From NCBI GenBank assembly GCA_965217185.1, contig OZ244252.1, positions 3,136,001 through 3,200,000 of the forward strand: DNA of 64,000 nucleotides, written 5' to 3'. The notes under the pieces were generated by a model that searched no databases, was not told the origin of the DNA, and was given only the letters and a program-made list of their open reading frames with translations. Of the stretch, positions 30,023 to 40,652 are shown piece after piece. The translations under genes were made by a program, and so were the position numbers. The stretch is from an uncultured Candidatus Entotheonella sp. (GTDB taxonomy: Bacteria > Tectomicrobia > Entotheonellia > Entotheonellales > Entotheonellaceae). Numbering within the stretch: position 1 is the first letter of the stretch; the number at the start of each line of letters is the position of its first letter.

Positions 30023-31573
30023 TCAATTGTTAATCCACTCCTTCATGAACCGCTCGTAGCACTCGCGCTCACCGGGCATCTTCACCCAGCCGGCGAGTTG
30101 GCGGGCGGTGGCGAGAAGCAGGCGTTCGCGCATGTGGGTCGAGTTGTTGCAATACTCCTCGAAGGTGGAGTGGGTGATCTTCTGATTATGCGGGTCGTCC
30201 TGGAACTTGCAGGCGGTGATGGCCACCGTCGCCATGTAGGATTTGCGGCAGGCGCCGGATCTCAGGTAGGCGTTGGCGATGGCGGTCGTACGCGGCACGT
30301 CGAGCGCCAGAATCGCCTCGTCCAACTCGGTCAGCAACTCGCTGGCGGCGCGGCCCGAGAAGTCGAAGGGGGCGATTTCCTGCTCCATAACCGACGTTGA
30401 AAGCCCGTTACAGCGTGCCGAATCGTTGACGAAATTCGCCATCAGATACAGCACCCGCGACTGATACGGGTTGTCGCTGGTGCGGAACCAGTAATTGACC
30501 ACGTTACAGTAATCGAAGGCGTGCTGCGCGTTGGTGAACTGCCGCGGCACCGTGGTCCGTAGAATCAACTCGGCAGCGCCGACCTGGATGGTGTCGCCGA
30601 GGCTCTTCAGCGACTTGCCGTTGCGCAGGTGGTCGGTGACCAAATCCCAGATGGTCTGGCCGTCGGCCTCCATGAGCAGCCGCACTATCTCCTCGCTCTC
30701 CTCCGGGGTGAGCGGTTCGCTGTTCGTTTGCTTGAGGTTCTTGCCGGCGTTCTCGAAGGCGTCGATGACGGTCACGCAGGCGGCGTCGTAGATCGAGTAA
30801 TAGAGCGGCCCGATGGCCATGTCCGGCACGCCGATGTAGAACACGCCGTGCGCCCGCTCCCAGCCGATGAACTTGGCCAGGTCCGTCGTCGCGCGGGCGC
30901 GCAACGCCTTGTGGCCGGTATTGCGCGCCTTGCGACCGATGATCGTGTCTTGCAGGTCGATAACGCCGAGAAAGAGTTGCTGATCCCGCAGCAGGGGCCG
31001 GGTCTGCTCGTCTGCCGCCAAGCCGAGATACAGGCCGTAGGAGCGCTTCACGTCGCCGCTCATGGTGGCGATCATGTGCTCGTGCAGCCGCTCCTCCACC
31101 GATCCGCTGGTGACGATTGGCTCCTGATGCTCGTTCCACACCACCGGGTCCTTGGCTGTGGGCGGCACCTCCAGCCCCTTCATCATGGCGTAGCGACCGG
31201 AGTACTGCCCGAGCAGCTGGTTCCAGATATCGAGACCCGCCGGGATGTACCAGACGTTCTGCAGCAGCGGCAGCAGGCGATACGCCTCCGGCACGTAGGA
31301 CATGAGGCTCACCGAGGTGCGCAGGCCGAGAATTGTGTGGTCGTTGTTGATCAGCGTGATCTGGCCGTCGCGCACGTTGATGTGGCTGGGCACCTGCACA
31401 AAGGGCGCCTCCGCCGCCGTCACCACACTGAGTGCCTCGCCCACCGAGTGCCCGTGCCGGGCCACCATTTTGAAGAACAGGTCGGCGGTGCGGGATTGAT
31501 CGCGCTCCAGGATGGCGTCGGTAAGCGCCTCAAAGCTGGGATCCTGGCAAATCTCGTCTCGGGTCACTAGCAT
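30023..31573 (-). CDS. Hypothetical protein (516 aa, probably helical)
   Basis: Long ORF with RBS (GGAGG) before MLVTRDE; no family recognised. Confidence 0.7.
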   Translation of the reverse strand: MLVTRDEICQDPSFEALTDAILERDQSRTADLFFKMVARHGHSVGEALSVVTAAEAPFVQVPSHINVRDGQITLINNDHTILGLRTSVSLMSYVPEAYRLLPLLQNVWYIPAGLDIWNQLLGQYSGRYAMMKGLEVPPTAKDPVVWNEHQEPIVTSGSVEERLHEHMIATMSGDVKRSYGLYLGLAADEQTRPLLRDQQLFLGVIDLQDTIIGRKARNTGHKALRARATTDLAKFIGWERAHGVFYIGVPDMAIGPLYYSIYDAACVTVIDAFENAGKNLKQTNSEPLTPEESEEIVRLLMEADGQTIWDLVTDHLRNGKSLKSLGDTIQVGAAELILRTTVPRQFTNAQHAFDYCNVVNYWFRTSDNPYQSRVLYLMANFVNDSARCNGLSTSVMEQEIAPFDFSGRAASELLTELDEAILALDVPRTTAIANAYLRSGACRKSYMATVAITACKFQDDPHNQKITHSTFEEYCNNSTHMRERLLLATARQLAGWVKMPGERECYERFMKEWINN

Positions 31574-31618
31574 CTTTTCCCTCCAATTGATGCGGACTGG
31601 ATGGTGCCCGCAAGCGCT

Positions 31619-31648
31619 GTAGGTCGAATCAACGCAGCGTAATCCGAC
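31619..31648. repeat. GTAG-type REP (copy 4, degenerate)
   Basis: GTAGGTCGAATCA...TAATCCGAC. Confidence 0.7.
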
Positions 31649-31653
31649 GTTCC

Positions 31654-32730
31654 CTAACTGAGCCGGTCCGGCAACCCGAGCTCGCCGTTGATGCCGCGGA
31701 ACCAGTCGATGACTTCCGGATGATAGGGAATGCCATTCTCCAGGCGCTCGGCTTCCTCCTCGTGCTCCAGCAAGCCGGCATAGACCACCCGGTCGTGGCC
31801 CGGCGCCGTCGGCGAATCCAGCAGGCCACGCAGATACTCGTCCATATCCTGCTTGAAGACGGCCACGTCGCCGAAGGCGCTGATCTTGTAGGCCAGAAAG
31901 TGGTGGCACGGATCCTGGCGCCGGAACGGCCCGGCGCCGCTGTTGCCGAGCACGCTGCTGAGAATTTCGAGCATCATGGCGAGCGAATAGCCCTTGTGGG
32001 CGCCGATCTCGCGGGTGCCGCCGAGGGGAAGCACCATCCACTCCTGCGGGATGGGGCCTTCGTTCATGATCGGCGTGCCGTCCTTTTCGCTGATCCAGCC
32101 GGGCAGAATCGAGACGCCGAGGCGCTGCGCAAGTTGGATTTTGTTGCCGGCGACGGAGCTCATCGAGGCATCGAAAATGAACGGCGCCTCTCGTCCGGCT
32201 GGTGCCGCCACGCCCAGCGGGTTCAGGCCGACCATCGGTTTGGCGCCGTGCACCGGCACCAGCGCCAGACCGCCGGTGGTCATGGCGAGGCCGATCATGT
32301 CGTGCTCCAGGGCCAAGCCGGCGTGATACGCCGCGGCGCCGAAGTGGGCGCCGTTGGTCGCGGTAATGGCGCCGATGCCGTATTGCTCAGCCCGCTCGAT
32401 GGCCATGTTCATGGCCTGCGGCCCGATCACCAGGCCGTGCCCGCGGTCCGAATCCATCGTCGCCACCGCGGCGGCTTCGTGCAGGATTTTCGGCTCCGGC
32501 GCCGGGTTGATGACACCTTCCCGGAACCATTTGACGTACAGCCGCATCATGTTGGACACGCCGTGCGAATCGATGCCGCGCAGGTCGGCGTACATGAGGA
32601 CGTCAGCCGCCTGCCGCGCGTCGGCCTCCGGCATGCCCATCTCTTGAAAGATGGCTTCCACCGTCGCCCGCATCGTTTCCTGCGGGACACGCACGGCGAT
32701 GTCCTCCGGGACGTGAAATCGTTCTAGCAT
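31654..32730 (-). CDS. Ldh_2 family oxidoreductase (type 2 malate/L-lactate dehydrogenase-like)
   Basis: ADLRGIDSHG, HFGAAAY, GLNP, HKGYSLA. Confidence 0.88.
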   Translation of the reverse strand: MLERFHVPEDIAVRVPQETMRATVEAIFQEMGMPEADARQAADVLMYADLRGIDSHGVSNMMRLYVKWFREGVINPAPEPKILHEAAAVATMDSDRGHGLVIGPQAMNMAIERAEQYGIGAITATNGAHFGAAAYHAGLALEHDMIGLAMTTGGLALVPVHGAKPMVGLNPLGVAAPAGREAPFIFDASMSSVAGNKIQLAQRLGVSILPGWISEKDGTPIMNEGPIPQEWMVLPLGGTREIGAHKGYSLAMMLEILSSVLGNSGAGPFRRQDPCHHFLAYKISAFGDVAVFKQDMDEYLRGLLDSPTAPGHDRVVYAGLLEHEEEAERLENGIPYHPEVIDWFRGINGELGLPDRLS

Positions 32731-32819
32731 CGTGGAGCCTCATAGGGTGTGGGTTGTGAAACGCAGGTGGGTGCCGTCAGCGGGGGTGCAGAATAGAGGA
32801 ACCGCCCCCGCGGGTCAAA

Positions 32820-33701
32820 TCAGCGCAGCAGTTCGGCCAGCGCCTGCCGTTCCGCTTCGGGCAGGGCGGCGATGTAGGCCATGAAGCGCTTCTCGATCCA
32901 CGTCGCCCGCACGCCGCCCACGTAATCGCTGACCAGCGCCTTGGGGTGGCCGCCGAAATACCCCGTCGTGATAACGCCAACGTACAACCCGTCCCGTGCA
33001 AACACGCCGCCGCCGCTCATGCGCCCGGCCGCCGACGCTTGCACAATGAGCTGTTTGTCCGCATCGTACTGCGCGTCGTGTTGCCGAGCCTCCGCCGTAG
33101 AAAGAACTCGGCCCACCGAATACATCAGCGATAGATTGCCGACTACCGGCGCGCCCATCAGCAGGACTTCCTGGCCCGCTTGGACGCTCGCCACGTCGGG
33201 CAAGCCCGCCTCGGTGAGGCGCCAGCCCCGCCCGCGGGACGCCGGTTCGCCGTCCTCGGCGAGCGCAATGGCAAAATCCTTGTCGCGCGGTACTTCCTGC
33301 TCATATTCCTGCGACGTGATCGGCAGTGCAAACAGCACGCGTATTGAGTGCGGCGCCGTTTCCGCCGAGTCAAGGGCCTCATAAGGCAGCACGTGCGCCG
33401 CGGTTACCAGCAAGGCGGCGCCCCGTTGGGTGCGATACAGAATGACGCCGGAGCCCTGTCCCACGTCCACCAGTCGCTCGTGCACGCCGCGTACCCAGTC
33501 ATGATCGGGATGTTCGGGCGCCACCAGGACGGCGGCAACGGACCGCAACCCCTTGCGGTCGAATCTTGCGCTGAGGTCTTCCAGAACGGTGGGATCGATT
33601 TGGAAAGCCGGCTCATCGGCGTGCGTTGGCGCCAGAAGCACGACGGTCAGGCTGAAAATGAGGAATGGGATGTGACGCACAGCCATCTTCGTCACCATCA
33701 C
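32820..33701 (-). CDS. Secreted trypsin-like serine protease
   Basis: Signal peptide; VTAAHV, DFAI, MSGGGVF putative triad. Confidence 0.6.
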   Translation of the reverse strand: MMVTKMAVRHIPFLIFSLTVVLLAPTHADEPAFQIDPTVLEDLSARFDRKGLRSVAAVLVAPEHPDHDWVRGVHERLVDVGQGSGVILYRTQRGAALLVTAAHVLPYEALDSAETAPHSIRVLFALPITSQEYEQEVPRDKDFAIALAEDGEPASRGRGWRLTEAGLPDVASVQAGQEVLLMGAPVVGNLSLMYSVGRVLSTAEARQHDAQYDADKQLIVQASAAGRMSGGGVFARDGLYVGVITTGYFGGHPKALVSDYVGGVRATWIEKRFMAYIAALPEAERQALAELLR

Positions 33702-36631
33702 GCCAACAACGCCAGCAGGTCGTCGCGCGTAATCCCCGCAGCACCAGCGGCATCGGCCAGCGCGACGTCGGCCAGCGCCCGCTTGTGTTGCTGCAGCGCC
33801 AGGATGCGTTCCTCCACCGTGTCCCGCGCCACCAGACGGTGCACCAGCACCGGGCGGGTCTGGCCGATACGGTGGGCGCGGTCGGCGGCTTGATCCTCAA
33901 CCGCCGGGTTCCACCACGGATCCAGCAGGAAGACGTGATCGGCGGCGGTGAGATTGAGGCCGGTACCGCCGGCGCGCAGGGAGATGAGCATGACCGGTGG
34001 GCCGTCCGCGTCCTGGAAGCGCCGCACTACCTCATCGCGCCGGCGTGTCTGGCCGTCCAGGCGGGTGAAGTCGATATCGGCGGCGCGCAAGTGTGGCTCG
34101 ACGCGGTTCAGTAAGGTGGTCCATTGCGAAAACACCAGCGCCTTGTGGTGGTCGGCGACCGCCTCGCCGAGTACCTCCAGAAGCAGTTCCACCTTGGCCG
34201 AGGTGTCCGCGCTCTGCCCCGGTACCAAGCCGCTGTGGCAACTGGCCTGGCGTAGCCGCAGCAGCGCCTCGAACGCCGCCATGACGTTGCCTCCGGCCTC
34301 CAGACGGGCCACCACGTCATTCAGGGTGGCGGCGCGCACCGTGTCGTACACGATGCGTTCGGCGTCGCTGAGCTCGCAATGCAGCACCCGCTCGGTGCGC
34401 GGCGGCAGTTCCGGCGCCACTTCCCCCTTACTGCGCCGCAGGATGAACGGCCGAATGCGCTCTCGCAGCCGCTCAGCCGCCTGCGGTTGGCCGCTGGCGA
34501 TGGGCTGGGCGTAACGGTCCTGAAAGTCCTGCCGGCCGCCGAGCAGGCCGCGATTCAAGAAATGGAACTGGCTCCACAACTCGTCGAGGCGATTCTCGAC
34601 CGGCGTACCGCTCAGCGTCAGGCGAAACGCGGCGCGCAGCTCAAAGGCCGCCTGTGCCACTTGGCTGTCGGGATTCTTGATGTTCTGGGCCTCGTCGAGC
34701 ACCACCGTGTCCCAGCTTTGCTGCGCCAGCCGGTCGCTGTCCAGGCGGAGAATGGCGTACGTGGTCAGGGTGACGTCGGCCTCGGCGTCCAGGCGGCGCT
34801 GCGGGCCGTGGTAGAGCGATTGGCGCAGACCCGGGCGGAAACGGCGGATTTCGTCGCCCCAGTGCGACAGCACGCTGGTCGGCGCCACTACCAAGGTGCG
34901 GCCGCGCACGGCGCACAGGGCTTGCAGGGTTTTGCCGAGGCCCATGTCGTCCGCCAGCATGCCGCCGAGCCCGGCTTGCCGGATGAAGACGAGCCAGTTG
35001 ACGCCGCTGTGTTGGTAGGAGCGCAGCGTGGCCTGCATGTCGTTGGGCATCGGTGCCGCGGGAATGCCGGCGAAGTCGTCCACGAGGGTGCGCAGCGCGT
35101 CAAATTCCGGCGGCGGCGGTTGTTCCAATGATTCGCACAGGCGCGCCAAGTCTGGTAGGGCGAATTGGGGCAGTACGCCACTGGCGTTACGCGCCGCCAG
35201 CAGGTCGGCCACCCGGTGACCGAACTGATCCAGCCATTCGCGTGGCAGGGGCGCCCAGCCGCCGCCGGACAACGGCACCAGCGACTCGCCGCTTTGCCAG
35301 GCGCGCAACACCGCCCCGGCATCCACACGCTTGGCGGGGTCGCCGGACGCGGGCGGGGCGGATTCGAACCACATCTCGAAGTTCTGGAAATCGAGCCGCC
35401 CCTGCGGCACCAGCGGCGGCGCCAGTTCAAAGGCGGTGTGCCCGCTGCCGCGTATTTCGCCGCGCCATCCCTTGAGGCGCGTGGCGACCCGTACCGCATC
35501 TGAGCCGGTGTATTGCGCCTTGTGCCCGGGGGCAAGTTGCATCGTTTGCCGGAGTTGCCGCACCAGGCGTTCTTCCGCGCGCTCGTTGCGTTTCGGCAGC
35601 GGCCCTTGCAGGTGCACCAGGCGTTCTCCATCGACGCGGGCCAGGGGCGGCTGGCCGTAAACCAGCGTCGGCAGCACCGTCAGGGCGTCACCTTCGCGGT
35701 GCACGTCCAGCATGATGCGCGGCGGTTCCTCCACCACCTGCGGCAAGCGCCGCGTGCGCACCTGCACCGGCAGACGCTTTTCCAAGGACGGCAGGATATC
35801 GCTGAACAATTCGGTGAGTTGATCGCCGGAGAAGTGGCGTCCTTCGGGGAGGTCGGCGCGTTCGCGGGCGGTGAGGCCGGGGTTGGCGACCGGCCGCAGC
35901 GTGTCGCCGCATAGCACCACGCCGTTGCCAAATTCCTCGGTGATAGCCGGGTCGCGTTCCACAAACAGCCGGAAGCCGTCGCCCTGGTCCTCCAGGCAGG
36001 CTTGCAGGCCGATGGGCTTGGCGAGGATTTTGACGGGGTTGCCGCCCAGCCGTACGTCCGGGCAAGAGGCCAGCGCTTCCAGCAGCTTTCCCATCACTTC
36101 GCGCGGCAGGCGTCCGCGCCGGTGTATGCCCAGCGCCGATTCGACCGCCAGATCGGCCGGCGTGGCCGCCACCGCGATGGATATCCGGCCCTGGAAACGC
36201 AAGCCGCCGGGCCTGGTGAGGCTCAGCGACAGCGGCGATTCCAGAATTTGCTCGCGGCCGTCGTGGACGACGTGGCGCTCGAAGCTCAGCGCGCCTTGCG
36301 AACGCGTGAACGCGTAGCGCAACCGGCCGCTGGCCTGTTGCGCCGCGGGGAGGGGCTTGTCCTCTTGTCGGGCGCGCCGGTAGGCGATCACCGCCGCGGC
36401 CACGTGTGCGCACACCGTCTCATGGTGACCGCAATCGCACAACCAATCCTCGTCATCCGGCCACAGTGTGACGGTGGGTTGCACGACCTTATCCCGCGTC
36501 ACCACCTTGAGGACGACTTCCTCGCCGTCCGCCCGCTCGCTGAGCACGGCATTGGCGCGGGTGAACTCCACACCGCGCGACCAGACGTGCGGCGAACAAG
36601 CCTGGCGCACAGCGTCGAACAGCGCTTGCAT
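33698..36631 (-). CDS. SWIM-SNF2 family helicase
   Basis: [49 protein letters not shown]. Confidence 0.9.
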   Translation of the reverse strand: MQALFDAVRQACSPHVWSRGVEFTRANAVLSERADGEEVVLKVVTRDKVVQPTVTLWPDDEDWLCDCGHHETVCAHVAAAVIAYRRARQEDKPLPAAQQASGRLRYAFTRSQGALSFERHVVHDGREQILESPLSLSLTRPGGLRFQGRISIAVAATPADLAVESALGIHRRGRLPREVMGKLLEALASCPDVRLGGNPVKILAKPIGLQACLEDQGDGFRLFVERDPAITEEFGNGVVLCGDTLRPVANPGLTARERADLPEGRHFSGDQLTELFSDILPSLEKRLPVQVRTRRLPQVVEEPPRIMLDVHREGDALTVLPTLVYGQPPLARVDGERLVHLQGPLPKRNERAEERLVRQLRQTMQLAPGHKAQYTGSDAVRVATRLKGWRGEIRGSGHTAFELAPPLVPQGRLDFQNFEMWFESAPPASGDPAKRVDAGAVLRAWQSGESLVPLSGGGWAPLPREWLDQFGHRVADLLAARNASGVLPQFALPDLARLCESLEQPPPPEFDALRTLVDDFAGIPAAPMPNDMQATLRSYQHSGVNWLVFIRQAGLGGMLADDMGLGKTLQALCAVRGRTLVVAPTSVLSHWGDEIRRFRPGLRQSLYHGPQRRLDAEADVTLTTYAILRLDSDRLAQQSWDTVVLDEAQNIKNPDSQVAQAAFELRAAFRLTLSGTPVENRLDELWSQFHFLNRGLLGGRQDFQDRYAQPIASGQPQAAERLRERIRPFILRRSKGEVAPELPPRTERVLHCELSDAERIVYDTVRAATLNDVVARLEAGGNVMAAFEALLRLRQASCHSGLVPGQSADTSAKVELLLEVLGEAVADHHKALVFSQWTTLLNRVEPHLRAADIDFTRLDGQTRRRDEVVRRFQDADGPPVMLISLRAGGTGLNLTAADHVFLLDPWWNPAVEDQAADRAHRIGQTRPVLVHRLVARDTVEERILALQQHKRALADVALADAAGAAGITRDDLLALLA

Positions 36632-36658
36632 CCGGTGCGGACTCCTTGCGCCGCCCCG

Positions 36659-36976
36659 TTAGGGCTGCGGCGCGAAATCGGGCGACAGCATCAACCAGGT
36701 TTTCTGCGACACGATGAGCGATTGGACGCGCGGAATGTAGTTCTGCTTCCACTCGTCCGAGCCGGTGACCTTGGCCTTGGCCTCCGCCATGTGGGCGTGG
36801 TCGCGATAGGCCCAGATGTGCACCACCTGGTTGAGTTCGCCGATGTCGCTGTAGTACCAGCCGGCCAGCTTGATGCCGTGACTGAGGCGTAGCGGCAGCG
36901 CCACGTCCTTGACGGCAGCCATGTAGTCGGGAACGGCGCCGGGCTTCAGCGTGTACATGCGAAAGTCGTAAATCAT
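36659..36976 (-). CDS. NIPSNAP family protein
   Basis: MIYDFRMYTLKPG, GELNQVVHIWAY. Confidence 0.85.
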   Translation of the reverse strand: MIYDFRMYTLKPGAVPDYMAAVKDVALPLRLSHGIKLAGWYYSDIGELNQVVHIWAYRDHAHMAEAKAKVTGSDEWKQNYIPRVQSLIVSQKTWLMLSPDFAPQP

Positions 36977-37120
36977 GGGCTGGATTCCTTAATGATGATG
37001 CGTGATGGTTTTGGGGCGGGAATCAGAAAATACGGGTGCCCATCGTAATGGATTACCAGACGGGGCGCAACGGAATCGCCCGTACGCGCGACATGCGGGC
37101 GTTTGGCCCTCGCGGGGTTG

Positions 37121-37149
37121 TTTCAAAGCCGCTTACGCACGGGTATAAT
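37121..37149 (+). promoter_or_regulatory. sigma70-like promoter for ugd-larC
   Basis: TTTCAA-17 nt-TATAAT. Confidence 0.5.
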
Positions 37150-37208
37150 GCCCCGCTGCACGCGTGATAATGCCGCGTAACCATTCAATATCCTGAAGGA
37201 ACCCCGCA

Positions 37209-38516
37209 TTGAAAATCACCGTCATCGGCCTCGGCTACGTCGGCGCCGTTGTGGCGTCCGGACTGGCTGCTGCCGGTCACGCCGTCCTCGGTGTTGACAT
37301 CGACCGCGGGCGCCTTGCAACCCTGCAGACTGGCAAGGTTCATCTCTACGAACCAAGGCTGGAGGCCCGTGTCGCCGAGGGTGTGCGTGATGGCAAGCTG
37401 CGCTTTTTGCACCGTGACGAGGTGGACGAGCCGCTGGGCGCCGCCGCTGTCATTGCCACCGGAACGCCGCCGACGGAGAGTGGCGCCGCCGACCTTAGCC
37501 AGGTCAAATCGGCCGTGGGCTGGATCAAGGCCAGGCAGCCCCGGGATCTGGTTGTGGTGATGAAGAGCACCGTGCCGCCCGGCGTCGGCCGGCGCCTGTT
37601 GCACAACGACTTGCGAGGCACAGACATCCGCTACGCCTCGAATCCCGAGTTTCTGCGCGAAGGGCGGGCGGTGGCCGACTGGGACGCTCCTGACCGCATC
37701 GTCATCGGAGCCGAGCCGGGTGATGACCGCGCTGTCGCCGTCGTTAAGTGCATGCACGACGGCATCGACGCGCCGCACATGGTCACCGACATCACCAGCG
37801 CCGAAATGGTCAAGTACGCCAGCAACGCTTTCCTCGCCACGCGCATCTCCTTCATCAACGAAATCGCCCTGCTGTGCGACCGCATCGGCGCCTCCATCGA
37901 CGCCGTCAGCGAGGGGCTGGCGATGGACGCGCGCGCCGGCGCCCGCATCTACGCTGGGGTGGGTTACGGCGGCTCGTGCTTTCCCAAGGACGTGCGCGCC
38001 CTGGATTACCTGGCGCTGACCAGCGGCGTGAGCGTCGATCTGCTGCGCTCGGTCATCAACGTCAATAACCGCCAGCGCATGCTGCCGCTGTATGCTCTGC
38101 GTCAGCGCCTCAACGGCGCCCTGAGCGGCGTGCGCGTGGGCGTTCTGGGGCTGGCATTCAAGCCGGAAACGGACGACGTGCGCGACGCGCCGTCGCTATC
38201 GCTCATCCGAGAACTGGTGGACGAGGGCGTGCAGGTAATGGCGTTTGACCCGCAGGCCAACGACACCGCCTGCCGTCAGTTGCCCGCTGTCGTGCGTATG
38301 ACCGATAGCCCCGTCGAAGCTGCCGAGCAGGCGCAAGCGGTGGTTCTGCTCACCGAATGGCCGCAGATCGTCCGCGCTGAATGGCCGCGCATCGCGGCCG
38401 CCATGTACCCACCCCGCCTTCTGTTCGATGGCCGCAACGCCCTGGACGCCGATGCCATGCGGGCGCTGGGCTTCGAGTATGCGGGCGTCGGGCGCAAGGG
38501 TCTGCCTATCCAATAA
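37209..38516 (+). CDS. ugd: UDP-glucose/GDP-mannose 6-dehydrogenase
   Basis: GLGYVG, KSTVP, NPEFLREG, GYGGSCFPKD, GLAFKP..DDVRD. Confidence 0.9.
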   Translation: MKITVIGLGYVGAVVASGLAAAGHAVLGVDIDRGRLATLQTGKVHLYEPRLEARVAEGVRDGKLRFLHRDEVDEPLGAAAVIATGTPPTESGAADLSQVKSAVGWIKARQPRDLVVVMKSTVPPGVGRRLLHNDLRGTDIRYASNPEFLREGRAVADWDAPDRIVIGAEPGDDRAVAVVKCMHDGIDAPHMVTDITSAEMVKYASNAFLATRISFINEIALLCDRIGASIDAVSEGLAMDARAGARIYAGVGYGGSCFPKDVRALDYLALTSGVSVDLLRSVINVNNRQRMLPLYALRQRLNGALSGVRVGVLGLAFKPETDDVRDAPSLSLIRELVDEGVQVMAFDPQANDTACRQLPAVVRMTDSPVEAAEQAQAVVLLTEWPQIVRAEWPRIAAAMYPPRLLFDGRNALDADAMRALGFEYAGVGRKGLPIQ

Positions 38517-38541
38517 TGTGTTGTGGAAGGACTGGAACCAC

Positions 38542-39339
38542 ATGAAGATCGCCTATTTTGACTGTTTTTCGGGAATCAGCGGCGATATGACGCTAGGGGC
38601 GCTGGTGGATGCCGGTGTGGACTTGGCGGTCATCCGCGAGGAATTGGCCAAGCTGCCGGTGACGGGATACCGGCTGGAGGCACGCGTCGTCAAGCGCGGC
38701 GGCCTACGGGGCACCAAGGTGGACGTGGTCGTGGACGAGGCGGTGCAGCCGGCGCGGCGCTATACCGACATTGCGGCGATGATTTCCGAAAGCGAACTGG
38801 AGCCCGAGGTGCGGGACCGGGCGCTCGCAATTTTTCGCCGCCTGGGAGAGGTGGAGGCGCATCTGCACGACGAGCCGCTGGACGCGATTCACTTCCACGA
38901 GGTGGGGGCGGTGGATTCGATTATCGACGTAGTGGGCGCGGCCATCGGCGTGCACGCCCTGGACCTTGAGGGCGCGGTGGCCTCGCCGGTCAACGTCGGC
39001 CACGGCGCGGTGCACACCTCGCACGGCCTGCTGCCGGTCCCCGCCCCGGCCACCTTGGCCCTGCTCAAGGGGTATTCGGCCTACGCCGGCGACACCCGGA
39101 TGGAGTTGACCACCCCCACCGGCGCGGCGATTCTCACCACCCTCGCCGACCGCTTCGGACCATTGCCGCGCATGACCATCGACCGCATCGGCTACGGCGC
39201 CGGCAACCGTGATTTTCCCACAGGCCCCAACCTGCTGCGCCTTGTCGTCGGCGAGGTACAGGCCGACACCGCGCCGGACCACGCTCACCACCATCATCAT
39301 GGCCACGAGCATCACCACCACGAGCACCATCAAGGCTGA
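38542..39339 (+). CDS. larC: Nickel pincer cofactor biosynthesis protein LarC, N-terminal half only, with His-rich tail
   Basis: DCFSGISGDM, HFHEVGAVDS, PVPAPAT, ELTTPTGAA, GYGAG; ends HAHHHHHGHEHHHHEHHQG. Confidence 0.85.
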   Translation: MKIAYFDCFSGISGDMTLGALVDAGVDLAVIREELAKLPVTGYRLEARVVKRGGLRGTKVDVVVDEAVQPARRYTDIAAMISESELEPEVRDRALAIFRRLGEVEAHLHDEPLDAIHFHEVGAVDSIIDVVGAAIGVHALDLEGAVASPVNVGHGAVHTSHGLLPVPAPATLALLKGYSAYAGDTRMELTTPTGAAILTTLADRFGPLPRMTIDRIGYGAGNRDFPTGPNLLRLVVGEVQADTAPDHAHHHHHGHEHHHHEHHQG

Positions 39340-39480
39340 TGGTGCATTTATTATCCACCAACCCCGTGACACGCTCTCCCGGACCGTCTTTCTCCGAGGC
39401 CGGCGTTTTCTGCAACGGCCGGGGGAAGCCCCTGCCCCCCCCCGTATCGGAGCATTTCCGTATTTGAAGGAGGACCGCCA

Positions 39481-40617
39481 ATGGTGCCAATACTTATTTG
39501 GAAGGTTCTGGCTGTTTCTCTGGTCGTCGTGTTCTCTGCGGTGATGGCCGGCTGTTCAAGCACCAACACCGGGTTGACGAAACTCGGAATCGCCAAAATG
39601 CTGGAGGAGGAGCAGGAACAGGAGCGGCTTGATCGACAAAGACTGGCAGGGATCGAGGACGGGCTGGCCCGCAGCCTGCAGCCTCCTGTGCACGCGGAAA
39701 GCGATGCGGATACGCTGGCAAACCTTCTTCCCGGTGGTGAGGAGGTCTTTTCGGCCCTGTCGGCGGCGGTCTGGCGGGATTACCTGGCTCCCGCCTCAAC
39801 GCAGCCGGACTTGGGGAGCGCCTACGTAAAGTCCGTTTCCAGCGATGGAGAGGGCGGGTTCCGCGTCACCTTCGTGATTGACGGCAGAGAATCCCTTGCT
39901 CATTTCCCAGCGGACCGATTCAGAACGACCCTTTTCCGCGGAACCGCGCAAGACAATCGCCTGGTCCCATTTACGCTTTGGTCCTGGACCGATTCATTCC
40001 AGGCGGATTCGGACGATCCGGCCGCGACAGACAGAACCGACGGCTCGGCCTACTACGACTATTTCGATATCAATGGCTGGCAGGCTGGTGGAGCCCCGAT
40101 CGGCAATTTCCGGGGTTTCATGACGTACGGCGTACGGACCCTGCCGGGGAATTTGCCCCTGGGCAGTGCGAACTATGAGGGACGCTTGCGGCGGGCCGAA
40201 GTGTGGGGGGCGGACGCTTCGGTTTGGGGCACGCAGACCTGGATCCTCGGCACCTTGCATCTGGAAGCGAATTTCGACGATGGTGAAATTTCGGGGCGAA
40301 TCGACACGCTCCGCACACAGCCCCCAGGTGCGGATGCCTACGCGCCGCTGCCGGAGGGAAACGTGATCGACATCGCCAGCGCTCCAATCGATGACGCCCG
40401 ATTTGTCGCCGAATGGGTGGGTAACGACCTCAACGAGAACGCCGCGCCCCACGAAACGATTGGCGGATTCGCGGGAACCATGATCGGCGAGTTCTACGGC
40501 CCGGCGGCGGACGAGGTTGGCGGCGTGCTGAGCGGTCGCCGCGCCGCCACGGGCACCACGCCGGAACAGTTCCTTATGGGCGGCTTCGGCGGTTCGCAGC
40601 CCGACCCCGAGCAGTAG
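39481..40617 (+). CDS. Lipoprotein with TbpB/transferrin-binding-like C-terminal barrel
   Basis: Lipobox VMAGC; GEFYGPAADEVGG and terminal GGFGG. Confidence 0.65.
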   Translation: MVPILIWKVLAVSLVVVFSAVMAGCSSTNTGLTKLGIAKMLEEEQEQERLDRQRLAGIEDGLARSLQPPVHAESDADTLANLLPGGEEVFSALSAAVWRDYLAPASTQPDLGSAYVKSVSSDGEGGFRVTFVIDGRESLAHFPADRFRTTLFRGTAQDNRLVPFTLWSWTDSFQADSDDPAATDRTDGSAYYDYFDINGWQAGGAPIGNFRGFMTYGVRTLPGNLPLGSANYEGRLRRAEVWGADASVWGTQTWILGTLHLEANFDDGEISGRIDTLRTQPPGADAYAPLPEGNVIDIASAPIDDARFVAEWVGNDLNENAAPHETIGGFAGTMIGEFYGPAADEVGGVLSGRRAATGTTPEQFLMGGFGGSQPDPEQ

Positions 40618-40652
40618 GCAGAGTGTGAAGCAACGATCATAGGGAATCCCTC

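Noticed and set aside
30023..32041. 672-aa version of the hypothetical ORF
   Set aside because: N-terminal extension overlaps the Ldh_2 gene and a REP; RBS supports a start at 31573.
33698..36631. SNF2 helicase plus protease as an anti-phage system
   Set aside because: SWIM-SNF2 is a widespread stand-alone family, and no nuclease, methylase or other defence genes are adjacent.
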